Source of the DNA: Octopus sinensis | Taxonomy: Eukaryota | Reading direction: 5' to 3' | Assembly (NCBI RefSeq): GCF_006345805.1 | Contig: NC_042997.1 | Location: forward strand, 64,232,001-64,296,000 | DNA length: 64,000 bases | Shown: positions 12,640 to 23,853 of the stretch, piece after piece | How positions within the stretch are numbered: the first letter of the stretch is position 1 | Layout: every line of letters starts with the position of its first letter | The notes under the pieces: generated by a model | What the model was told of the DNA's origin: nothing | The model's input: the letters and a program-made list of their open reading frames with translations, nothing else | Databases searched by the model: none | Made by a program: the position numbers and the translations under genes

Positions 12640-15522
12640 GACGGTGACAGTGTTACACCCGGTAGGCTCAGAGATACTGGTCAGACTCCAGCCTGTTGAT
12701 ATCCAACGTTGATAACGGCGTAGATGGAGTAAGCAAATTCATGCTGTGGTCGTGGAGTGTTACTACCTGAGAAGCCCGGTAGATGAAAACGGTTGTCAAA
12801 TTAGGGGTTACCTACGACGTATGTTTGATCATTGGAGCGAAAAGGGATTGTTTCAACTCACGGAACAGAGGCAATGTGATCACAATAGAGCAATAAGGAA
12901 AAATTATTAGTTCACAGAAGTAGAGCTCGAAGCTATCAAAAGACGGGTCATGGAAAATAACATCAGAGAGGACAATGAAAATACAGTTCTTAATAATTAG
13001 AGTAATCTCATAGCACAGGAAAGAAGCAGTGGTAGTGTACTTGATGCGAGACATATAGATGACAAAAGAATATAATAAAACTAATAGCTACATGTCAGAT
13101 GAACAAAAGGCAATATGTGACAGATTAAAGGTAAGACTACAAGAGAACGATAGCGACATTATTTGCAACCTTAAAATGGTTGCTCGGAGGAAATTGAACC
13201 TACAAACGAAAAATGTCATTGAACTTCTGGAATACATCAGAATAAACAATGTCACAGTAACAAATAATTTGAACAAGATAGCAAGTATTTTTGCAGCAGA
13301 CAATGTGGGTGTTGACGTCAAGTAAAAGAAATATAATGAGAGTGACAATAGAAAAGATCCATGGTGGAAAAGAAAATCCAGGCAGGGTTAGACATGCTCT
13401 CGAAGGAAATCTCTGTGTTAGAACGAAAAGAGAAAAGGGGAGTTTAAAAGCGAACAAAAATATATGGCGTTGAAAAGGAAGTATAATATTGAAAGAAAGG
13501 GCTTGAAAGTGGTAGTGGAGGAACTGAAACAGCGCCTCGTTGCAAAGACAGCAAATATAGTAAGATACGACCAAAGAATAGGGTAGATCAGAAGAGATTC
13601 TATAAAGAAATGAATGGAGAGTGTACAAATGAAAAGTTGATACCAGATAACATTGAAAGTCTGTGACATGAACAGAAGGGTTTCAAGCGTAAGTGCAGAG
13701 GTGCCAAGGATCAACTCCTGATAGACAAAACTGTACTTAGAGACTGCAGGAGGATGAAAAGTAACATAACCATGTCATAGATTGACTATCGCAAGGGGTA
13801 CGATATAATCCAACATTCTTGGATTAAGGAGTGTATGAACCTATTTTGTATTGCATCAAATCTTGAGCAATTGCTTGGAAAAAGTATGGCGAATTGAAGA
13901 CAGTAGAAATTCGGAGGGGCATCTTCGGAGAGGACCGCCTGTCTCCGCTGATCTTTGTACTGTGCTTGATACGACTATACTGATTCTGAGGAAAGCAAAA
14001 GCTGGGTATCTATTCAAAAGCCGCCAACTAAAAGTCAACCATTTTTTATCCATGGATAACCTCAAACCTTATGGTAAAGATGACGCACAAGTCAGTTCCT
14101 TCGTTGATATCGTGTATACTTTCACTGTTAATATCAGAATGGAGTTGGGACTGAGAACGTGTGGTGTATTAGACTTGAAAAGAGACAAAATCAAATGTAT
14201 GGACGGGCTAATGATACCGTCGGGGAAGGGTATAAAGCAGATAGAAAAGATGTGCTATAAGTACTTTGGGATATTGGAAATTGATGGAGAAAGAAATGAT
14301 ACAAAATATTTAGGTGGAGTACTTGCGCAGACTGAGACTGATCCCTATGTCGAAATTAAATGGAGGGAATAAGACCGAAGTTATCAACACCTGGGTGGTT
14401 TTACTCCTTAGATACGGAGCAGAGGTAATCGCATGGACAGTAGGCTAACTAAACGGCTTAGACAGAATGACAAGGAAGTTGCTTACTAGATATGGGTCAC
14501 TCAACCCAAAAATTGACACAGACAGACTGTATGTAGCAAGAAGAAGAGAGGAAGAAGACTTATTGGATGCGAACACAGCATTAGAGCAGAAGAAAACAAC
14601 ATAGCAGGGTATGTGAAAAATACCACAAAACCGCTATTATTAGACGTAAGAAGGTCAGGCTTGTGTAGGATGAAAGATTGCAAAGATTAAGCGCTATACA
14701 AGAAATTGAAAACGAATAAAATTTAAAATAGGTAGGTAAAGAAAAGACTGCATGGTCAATTTCATAGAGATGATGAAGTTAAGACAGACAGGGACAAAAG
14801 ATCGTGGTGGATGACTAAAAGTGATTTAAACCGGGAAAGGGGGCTCTAATCTGTGCTGCTCATGAGCTAGCATAAGAGGAAACTACATAAAATACAGAAT
14901 AGACAACACAGCAGAAAGTGATAAGTGCAGAATCTGTGGACAAGACGGTGAAACCGTATGGCATGTTACCAGTCAATTTACGCCACTAGCTGAGAAGGAA
15001 TATAAGAAACACAACGACAATATAAGCCAGGCTTGTCCATTGGACACTTTTCAACAAGTATGGACATGAAAGAGCGAAACATTTGTACGACCACAAACCT
15101 GAAGTCATCGCTGTAAAAGGAAATGCAAAGATCCTATGGGATTTTATGATTCAGTGCGATCATGAGGACGTCAGACATAATCTTAGATATAGCATGACCA
15201 GATGACATCAAGGTATGCAATAAGGAAGAAGGAAAAGTGAGAGATATGAGAGTTTAGCTTGGGAAGTCAAGCAGTTGTGGTCGATGAAAAATGTAACAGT
15301 AATACCAAGAATTGTCGGAGCCTTGGAACAGTGAGTAAAATTCTCGAGAAGAAAGTGGAACAAATAGGGGCTGCGATAAGGGTGGGGCACTTGTAGAAAA
15401 CAGCACTGCTTGGAACCGCTCGAATACTCCGGAAACTGATCAAACAATAAGAGGTGTTACCTTAGTTCACTGGTAGTGAACAGCTGAAACTGTAGTACAT
15501 TTCCAGCGTCAGAAGCTGTGCA
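12640..15522 (+). mobile_element. Near-full-span but internally deleted, degenerate R4/Dong LINE, family D
   Basis: N-terminal RRWSKQIHAVVVECYY..GYLRRMFDHW..LTEQR (~12720-12880); RT QKGFKRKCRGAKDQLLIDK, IDYRKGYD, LSPLIFVL, NHFLSMDNLK; CRICGQDGETVWH; RLE remnant; ends at a (TAA)n tail. Confidence 0.9.
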
Positions 15523-15543
15523 AAGGCAATCATAATAATAATG

Positions 15544-15592
<49 letters not shown>

Positions 15593-15606
15593 TAATAATA
15601 ATAATA

Positions 15607-15651
<45 letters not shown>

Positions 15652-15652
<1 letters not shown>

Positions 15653-16217
15653 TAACCATTGATCATGTGGTCTCCAAGTGCAGTCTTCTAGCGCCTACAG
15701 AGTATCTCAAGAGGCACGATGGAGCTGCACAATATATTCACTGGGTAATCTGCAAAAACCTGGATTTTCCCCATGAAAAAAACTGGTGGGAACACAAACC
15801 ACCCCCAGTGCTTGAAAATGACCACATCTCACTCCTCTGGAACTTCACCATTCAAACTGACAGAAAGATAGATGCAAATAGGCCAGACATCATATTGAAA
15901 GACTTAAAACAAAGAACATGCCTCCTCATTGATATGACTGTCCCAATCGATATAAACGTATCTGTCAAGACCTACCAAAAACTGAGCAAATATAAAGATC
16001 TGGAAATAGAAATTAGCAAAATGTGGAACCTGAAGACTAAAACAATACCTGTTGTCATAGGTGCCCTGGGAATGATAGCAAAAGGGGCTGATAGCTACCT
16101 AACTCAGATACCAGGAAACCCAAAACTGACAGAAATTCAAAAGATAGTGCTCATGGGAACTGCTCATATCTTACGCAAAATACTTTCTATGTAATCTCAA
16201 GGTTTAAAACAAACATA
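15652..16217 (+). mobile_element. 5'-truncated R4/Dong LINE, family B, with intact RLE domain; 3'UTR interrupted by a 6-kb insertion
   Basis: IDHVVSKC..RHDGAAQYIHW..RPDIIL..LIDMTVP..KLSKYKDL..GTAHILRKILSM* (stop ends at 16194); preceded by (TAA)n. Confidence 0.95.
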
Positions 16218-16495
16218 GCATAATTAAATCTCAGAATGAGATTGAAACAGTAATCGCTCGATAATGTAAAGTATAGAAGCCATCTTATCATGGCTAACCA
16301 CATTGGGGAGGGGGTTGTTACTGTAGCTTTATAGCCCCAAGAGATCTTCGTCTCTAGCTGGCTCTAAACACAATATCTGTGTCTTTGGAGTATTTGCAAA
16401 GGGAGGCCGTCCCTTCCTCGCAGGCCTGAGTGATACGCTCGAACTAGTTTCGGGATGTTTGTTCCTCGCCAACGGGCGGCAACCACCAGGTAGCG
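16218..16495 (-). repeat. Inverted partial copy of the 358-bp hammerhead-bearing unit
   Basis: Reverse complement matches the unit from tcgctacctggtggt to gagatttaattatgc; joins the forward copy at cgaagat. Confidence 0.97.
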
Positions 16496-17076
16496 AAGAT
16501 ATATTGGGGCTATAAAGCTACAGTAACAACCCCCTCCCCAATGTGGTTAGCCAGAATAAGATGGCTTCTATACTTTACATTATCGAGCGATTACTGTTTC
16601 AATCTCATTCTGAGATTTAATTATGCTTACTGTTCGTTTTTCGACATCAGTGGCAGACGCCATTAGAAAAACTTATATCTATTTGCAAAGGAGCCTTCAC
16701 TTTCATCGCTACCTGGTGGTTGCCGCCCGTTGACGAGGGACAAACATCCCGAAACTAGTTCGAGCGTATCACTCAGGCTTGCGAGGAAGGGATGCCCTCC
16801 CTTTACAAATACTCCAAAGACACAGATATTGTGTTTAGAGCCAGCTAGAGACGAAGATCTCTTGGGGCTATAAAGCTACAGTAACAACCCCCTCCCCAAT
16901 GTGGTTTGTCATGATAAGATGGCTTCTATACTTTACATTATCGAGCGATTACTGTTTCAATCTCATTCTGAGATTTAATTATGCTTACTGTTCGTTTTTC
17001 GACATCAGTGGCAGACGTCATTAGAAAAACTTATATCTATTTGCACAGGAGCCTTCACTTTCATCGCTACCTGGTG
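16493..17076 (+). repeat. Tandem 358-bp repeat: partial unit, one full unit (16701-17058) and the left TSD
   Basis: tttcatcgctacctggtg at 16701 and 17059 (period 358); copies differ by only a few substitutions. Confidence 0.97.
16724..16766 (+). ncRNA. Type I hammerhead ribozyme-like motif with variant core UUGACGA
   Basis: cgcccg-TTGACGA-GGGA(caaaca)TCCC-GAAA-C-TA-GT-T-cgagcg; palindromic stem III ACTAGT; stem I extendable by cctg+gtggt (16712-16720) pairing with atcac+cagg (16768-16777); predicted cut after 16760. Confidence 0.72.
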
Positions 17077-17368
17077 TTTTTTGAATTTTTCCTCGGCGTA
17101 TACCAATATTTTTCTGTTGCTGCAAATCGTTGTGTGAGTTCGTTTCCGTTTGTCTACTCTGTCGTGTTACAAGTAATATCATTGTTGAACTGTTTTGACC
17201 CAGTAATTTTCGCCCTTCGGGGTAGAAGAATTTCTGTGTGCTGTTTTGTGTGAACTCTTAACCTGTATAGGTTATTTTTGGAAAAAAAAAAAATTCTCTT
17301 GTCATTTGTGACAAGTTTGTGTTGTCTAATATGGAATTAGACTTAAGTTCAAAAAAGACTTTCCCGAG

Positions 17369-18456
17369 ATGGGAGAAAGTATAACAACTGTTAAACAAAA
17401 GGAAACACAGACAAAACCCAGTTTTTCAGACGCCGTAGGTGGCGAAGTCGAAGAAATGGAGGTATCAATGGAAAGATTATTCAAGTTTAGATCGCTGGTG
17501 CAAAAAAGTGGCGAAGAAACACGATTGGTACCGCCCCCCGAAACTATACAAGCAATAAAGGAAAAAATGGTCACCTACAGGGTGTACAATGTCAAGGAAA
17601 AACGAATGACCGACGCGAAAAACGAAATGGTCGAAAAGTGTATGGCTCCAATATGGAGTAAAGTTAGTCATGTCAACCGAGGTGCAAGAAGCGCTACAGT
17701 GGAGGCGCATTTTGAAACGGCGGAAGTAGCAAGGCAAATTTCGACACAAACGTTGAAAAACGAGAGTATAATACTGCTACCCTTATATTTAGGATGCAGA
17801 ACCGCAAAAGTGACCCTAGAAGATATACCAACGGGCTACGACGTGATGTGGGCGGCAACAGCGGTCATTTTTGATGTTGAATCAAAATTGACAATTTTAA
17901 GTATGAAGAGAAAAATTGCAAAAAACTGGAGAGGCCAGCAGCTGGAGATGATAATTCAGGCGGAAAATGCGACGTTGGAAAGCCTACCAGACAGAGTCTT
18001 CGTGGGGGAGGGGCACTCCATACGAGTTTCGGTGGAAGGACGCAGGCCCAGATGTTTAAGTGCGGGCAAAAGGGCCACGTTCGCTCCGTTTGCACAAAAA
18101 AAAATAATGCGGGCAACGCCCCCCCACAAAACGCTGTGAAGAACGCAGAAAGCAGCAAAGTGGAGAAAAAAGTAACGGCTGGCGAAAACAAGGAGGAAAA
18201 AATAAACAGGTCGAACTCCAAAAAGGAGGAAGACAAGAACGAAATGCAAAATGAGAAAGGAAAGGATGAGGAAAATAATGCAACAAAAACAAATAAACAA
18301 GAAGACATGGAATTTACGAACGTGTCCAACAAAAGGAAAAAATCCATCACCCTGACTCCCCACCCGTATCAAAAAAAAAAAAAAACGCAGACGAACAAAT
18401 TAAAAATATTCTCCAATCCCACCCCGGGGTACTACACTTATAGGCCAGCACTTTAA
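17369..18456 (+). pseudogene. Tx1 ORF1 (gag-like), frameshifted
   Basis: ORF 17369-18139 ends ..SVEGRRPRC and continues in 18052-18456 as FKCGQKGHVRSVC (Cx2Cx4Hx4C), followed by a K/E-rich tail. Confidence 0.85.
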
Positions 18457-18855
18457 CAAACCCCACCCCCAACTGTAAAAGGGTTTAAACCCAACGAAAA
18501 AATTATTGCATACACCACAAAGAACGTGAGAGTAGAAACATGGGTGAAAGCAAGTACGCTGATCAGGTGCTACAAAGCGACCGAGAAAGAAGCGGAGTGG
18601 CGATATGGAAGGGTCGGCGAAGAAGGATGGAAAGACAAAACCTTACAAAGCCACGTAAAAGCCGGCTTCATTAAGGATGTCACCCAGGAGGTGACAACTG
18701 GGAAATTACCCGTTAGCCCGGCAGCCACACCAACCCAGAGCCCGGTGGCAACGCCGGTGAAACACCCAGCAGCAACGGCGAGGGGGGGAGACAGGCAGAA
18801 AGAATCTGTCAGGCTCCCTCTCGCAACCGTGAGTAAATAATTTTCTTTTTTCTCG

Positions 18856-21567
18856 ATGATTAAGTTAGGTTGTATAAATGTGCGTGGAATGGGATCGAAA
18901 TGGAAACAGGCTTGTTTTCGTGACGACCTCATTTCACATAGAATCGAAGTAGCTATTGTTACCGAGTCCAAGATGAAGGGACCCCAAGCGTTCTCACCAC
19001 TTCTCAATGGTTACGAGAAATTTATTTCTCCTAGCCGAGGGGGAGGTGCAGGCGTGGCAGTTCTTTTCAGGAAGAACTTGGACTTACAGGTAAGTACTGT
19101 CTTTTTGGACCCAGAAGGTAGGCTGGTTGTCCTAGATGTGACGCACGTGAGTAAGCAGTCCTTCAGGTTGGTGGCTGTCTACGCTCCTAACGGACGTGGG
19201 CAGACCGGTTTTTATCGGGAACTGGAGCACTTTCTAGTGACGTCCAAAACGGTAGTCTTGGTAGGGGATTTCAACACCATTCTCGATGCGCGGGTGGATG
19301 GTGTAGGCTCGAGCGATAGGAAGGGGAATCCTGGCCTCAAGGCTCTACTAGCGAGCTTTAATCTAGTAGACCGTTTTCGACTGGATGAGCCGAACGTTCC
19401 ACAGTGGACGTGGAGTAATAACGACGGCTCACTCAGATCGCACATAGATAGAGTATTTGTTAAGGAACGAGATAGGAATAGTGTTAGCTGTCCACAATTC
19501 TCTGTTGTGCCTTACACGGATCACAAACTTGTAACGTGTGAGGTACATGTAGATAAATGCCATAGACAAGGTCCCGGGTACTGGAAGATGAACAAGTCTA
19601 TTTTGACCTGTGAAGCTTTCCGTACCCGGATTAAGGAATTAGTACAGAGGGCATTATGTGGCACCATCATTAATAATAGATGGTGGCTCGCCCTCAAAAG
19701 AGCCATCCGTTTGGAGTCCATTAGATTTAGCAAGCAGCTAAGTTTAGATAGGACTAGAATAGAGGGCGAATTAGTTAAGAACATAGACGAGGCTATGGAA
19801 TCTGGCTGTGCATCCGGAGTGTTGGCAGCGAGAGCGGTATTGTACCGTCACCTCAACGCCAAGCACGAGGGGTGTAGAGTCAGAGCTAAGTTACGTGCAG
19901 GAAAACGAGAAGGTATTAACGTTGCCGGATGGGCCCGTCGTGAGGAGAGTCAGAAGGGCAAAAAGTCCTGTATTATGTCCTTATCTGACGAGCAGGACCG
20001 CAAGATATGGACAGGAGGAGATGCAGAAGGTCCTTCACCAGCATTTCGCACGGCTGTTGGGGGCGGTGGCCCGCTCGAGCGTGGGGAGACCTTAAAGGAC
20101 TTCCTAGCTGGTGGCCTCGGCTCTCGGCGGGTGAGGCGGAGTGCTGTGAAGGATCGATCTCTCCCGCAGAGGTAAGAGGGGTTATGGCCGAGTGCGCCGG
20201 GGAAAAGTCACCGGGATTGGATGGTCTACCCTATGAATTTTATTGTTGTATGCCGGACTTGCTCGGGGACATACTGGCAAGCGTCTATGCAAACTGGCAA
20301 CAGAATGGGAGGATTCCCAGCTCTGTGAGTCGGGGAGTTGTGACGCTGGTCCAGAAAGACCCGAGCAAGGGGGACAGTATTAGTAATTACAGGCCCATAA
20401 CTCTACTTAATGTAGAGTTTAAGATTTTGGCCAAGGTGTTAGCAAAAAGGTTGACGGCTGTGCGTGAAGAAACTTGTCGGGAAGGCACAGACATGTGCAA
20501 TCCCAGGCAGGTCGATCCAGGATAATCTTCACCTTCTCCGCTACACTATAGATAGGGTCGGGAAATTAGACGGCAAAGGAGGGGCATTGGTCCATTTAGA
20601 CCAAAGTAAAGCGTTTGATAGGGTGGACCATCGGTACTTGGCGGCGGTTCTCGAAGCGGCTGGGCTGGGCCCTGGCTTCTGCGGGTGGATCTCAGCTATG
20701 TACAGCGGCATCAAGTCCACAGTCCAGATAAACGGTTACCTAACGGAGCCGTTTTCGATCAAGCCTTCAGTTCGTCAAGGGTGCCCCTTGTCCCCGCTCC
20801 TGTATGTTTTGGCTCTTGAGCCATTGCTGCGGACGCTGGAGAAGTTGGGGGGCAACCCTAATGAAATCGGATGCGGTAAGTCTGTTTCTGCCTATGCGGA
20901 TGACGTCACCCTCATCGTGACCAACGGAACACAGCTACCTCGGGTAGTAGGTGCTCTCCATAGATACGAAGCGGTGGCAGGGGCAAAAGTTAACAGGGAC
21001 AAGTCCATCGGTTTGCGCCTCGGCACCTGGAGGAACAAGCAGATACCGTCCAGTGTTGTTGGACACTGGACGGATGGTCCTGTTAAATTGCTCGGAGTCT
21101 GCTAAAGGAATGCATTACCTGTTCGCGAGAAGTTATCCAGGCACGGAATGTCAGTGCCACCGACGTGTCCAAGATGTGGGTTGGACGATGAAACCGTTCA
21201 ACACGCTTTTGTACAATGTCGGGAGCTGTCAGGCTTGATAAGTTACGTGGAACACGTGTTGTCGCATCTGGGACGAGTACAGCTGTCGGCTGGATCTATG
21301 ATTAAGATGATACCGCCAACTGGACTCTCAAAGGAAGGTAAGGCTTGTTTTTACTGTACGGTGGCAGTATTGAAAGAGTGTGTATGGAGAACTAGAGTGG
21401 AAGGTCTAGTGAAAGGGTCCTTTATCTCTGGCCCCGGTTTGTTAAAATACTTCGGATATCATCTGAAGAGCAAGATGGGGTTGGAGAAGAGGAGCCTGCC
21501 ACAGAAAGAGTATATGGAACGTTGGAAGGATGTGATGAGACAGGTGGGTGAGAGTAACCCAGCTTAA
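18856..21567 (+). pseudogene. Tx1 ORF2 (APE endonuclease, RT, C-terminal Cys/His motif), frameshifted and internally deleted at ~21102
   Basis: MIKLGCINVRG, VGDFN, TDHK; KSPGLDGLPYEFY, NYRPITLLN, LDQSKAFDRVDH, VRQGCPLSPLLY, YADDV; LLGV jumps directly to LPVREKL..CPRCGLDDETVQHAFVQC. Confidence 0.93.
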
Positions 21568-21918
21568 TCATCGAGGAAAGGAAAAATCAGCTGCTGGGAT
21601 TTATAGGCTGCCGGGTTCAAAATTGAAACTGGTACCTCCCATTACCTTTCACTGTACATAACTGTTTAAAATAAAGAATTAATAATTAAAAAAAAGAAAT
21701 GAAAAGAAAACATACGCACTAAAAGTTCTCGTGATAAAGGCAAAAGTAAGCCAAGGTTTCGTTTCAAGGTAAAGTAAGCCAAGTTTTCGTTCAAGTGACA
21801 TAAAATTTTAATTTTGTAATTTTTTAAATTTCATTCGAACTCGCATAGCATTTTTGTAACTGTTTTGTTCTGTAATGTATCCATTCTATGTTAGATCTAT
21901 TGATCATAATAAAGAAAA

Positions 21919-22261
21919 TTTCATCGCTACCTGGTGGTTGCCGCCCGTTGACGAGGGACAAACATCCCGAAACTAGTTCGAGCGTATCACTCAGGCTTGC
22001 GAGGAAGGGATGGCCTCCCTTTGCAAATACTCCAAAGACACAGATATTGTGTTTAGAGCCAGCTAGAGACGAAGATCTCTTGGGGCTATAAAGCTACAGT
22101 AACAACCCCCTCCCCAATGTGGTTAGTCATGATAAGATGGCTTCTATACTTTACATTATCGAGCGATTACTGTTTCAATCTCATTCTGAGATTTAATTAT
22201 GCTTACTGTTCGTTTTTCGACATCAGTGGCAGACGTCATTAGAAAAACTTATATCTATTTG
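21919..22261 (+). repeat. Right TSD plus 343 bp of the 358-bp unit
   Basis: Colinear with 16701-17043 (offset 5218). Confidence 0.97.
21942..21984 (+). ncRNA. Second intact copy of the variant type I hammerhead motif
   Basis: Identical to 16724-16766; predicted cut after 21978. Confidence 0.72.
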
Positions 22262-22451
22262 AAAATAAACATAATTTTCGGTTTAAAAAAATTTTTTTTT
22301 TAGACATTCATTAGTACAACACCAAAAAATCCTCCCAAATATATGGCACACTAGGCATAACAACAACATGAACTTCCAACCTGTTGTCTCTTAAGGTCTC
22401 TGGGTGAGACTTGGAGCCAACTTGTACAAATATAAAGCAAAAGTCAAACAT
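22262..22451 (+). mobile_element. Remainder of the family-B Dong 3'UTR, followed by (TAA)n
   Basis: gtctcttaaggtctctgggtgagacttggagccaacttgtacaaatataaagcaaaagtcaaacata matches the uninterrupted family-B 3'UTR at 33463-33650 (-). Confidence 0.9.
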
Positions 22452-22452
22452 A

Positions 22453-22489
<37 letters not shown>

Positions 22490-23329
22490 CATAATAATAA
22501 TTCGGAGACGACTAGTAGGAATGTTTTTTAACCATTAGTCCAAATGCTTAATTGCCTGTATAATCGTAAAAACAAAATTATCTACACTTCAGAAATAGGT
22601 ATTTAAGGAAAAGTATATTATATCAGTGTAAGCTAATAACAGGATATCGTACATAGAATTACGTAGGTTCATCTGCTACAATTTGAAAATCTATATTTCA
22701 TAATTATCCTTTCATTTAAGTATAGAAAAAAAATAATTCAGCAAACCTTAGCAGATGCATTTGGGATTTAAAATATACAAAACGGTAAGTATGATTTGTC
22801 AGTTTTACGTGTGATCTTTGCCCTCAAAAAATGTATTATATAATTACTTCTAAACTAATTTCATTAATATTTAATGGAAATTTGACAATGAATTGTTGCC
22901 ACAAATTTCGAAAGGGTTTAAATATATCAATTCTTAATTTTAGTTGTTTTTTGTATGTTATATAATAAGAATAATTTTGCTCAAAAGTTTACGATATTTC
23001 ACATAAAGATAACTAATAGTTGTGACGGAAAATCACTGTTCTTTATTGCAACGTAGAATTCTTATGTTCATATTTTCTTTTTTCTTTCTCCACTGTCGTC
23101 ACACGAGTTAAATACAAAAATATGTACTCTTACATTATATTTTTCTTTGGTGTTCACTTTACATGCATTCGCATGTATTTTCGGAAATATTAATTTTAAT
23201 AATTGCTATGTTTGCATATATTAAAACAATAGAAACAATTGTCGGATTTGTGTGGTGAATTCTACAATTTACATCCTAAGATGTGATTTTCTCCATACGT
23301 ATTTTTATTACACACACCGCACACACACA

Positions 23330-23445
<116 letters not shown>

Positions 23446-23478
23446 ATATATATACAACATTTCTATAGTTATGAGAAT

Positions 23479-23643
23479 AATTATAATTGGGGTTCAGCAA
23501 AATTGCTCCGCTACATACCGGCATTTAGAATTAGCATTTAAATATTATTCCACTTCCAGACAGTGGCAGTGGAATAGTATTTAACTGCTATGTCTAAGTT
23601 TCGGTATGTGGTGAAGCAATTTTGCTGAGCCCTAATTATAATT
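23479..23643. repeat. Imperfect inverted repeat (arms ~75-80 bp, short loop)
   Basis: aattataattggggttcagcaaaattgctccgctacataccg..ttccact versus reverse complement of agtggaa..cggtatgtggtgaagcaattttgctgagccctaattataatt. Confidence 0.8.
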
Positions 23644-23772
23644 ATGCTTATAATTTTTGTATAATGTTACCGATAATGGTTCTTTTAACATACCGAAGTA
23701 CTTGGTAAAATTATTAATTAGTAATTAATTAATTTTACCCTTTATTATTATTGATAATATCATATTTATATA

Positions 23773-23806
<34 letters not shown>

Positions 23807-23853
23807 TTCTATTTCTAAAAATCTCAGAGAGATATAAGCTGTGGTGGAACGAT

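Larger units (their letters stand above)
17077..21918 (+). mobile_element. Tx1/L1-clade non-LTR retrotransposon with both ends, an 18-bp TSD and an internal deletion in ORF2
   Basis: TSD tttcatcgctacctggtg at 17059-17076 and 21919-21936; ORF1 with CCHC knuckle; APE+RT ORF2; AATAAA (21908-21913) plus a short A tail. Confidence 0.95.

Noticed and set aside
15465-15500. GAAAC-TGTA-GTA in the Dong-D 3'UTR as a hammerhead
   Set aside because: No CUGANGA-like core or stem I; only an unrelated gttcac/gtgaac hairpin.
16704-16720. atcgctacctgg resembles the U1 (ATACTTACCTGG) or U2 (ATCGCTTC) snRNA 5' end
   Set aside because: Similarity ends after a few bases; no Sm site or downstream snRNA sequence follows.
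16493-22261. 358-bp direct repeats flanking a multi-ORF region as LTRs, or as a CRISPR-like array
   Set aside because: The interior is APE+RT with its own 18-bp TSD and A tail (non-LTR); there is no TG..CA/PBS/integrase, no unique spacers and no cas genes.
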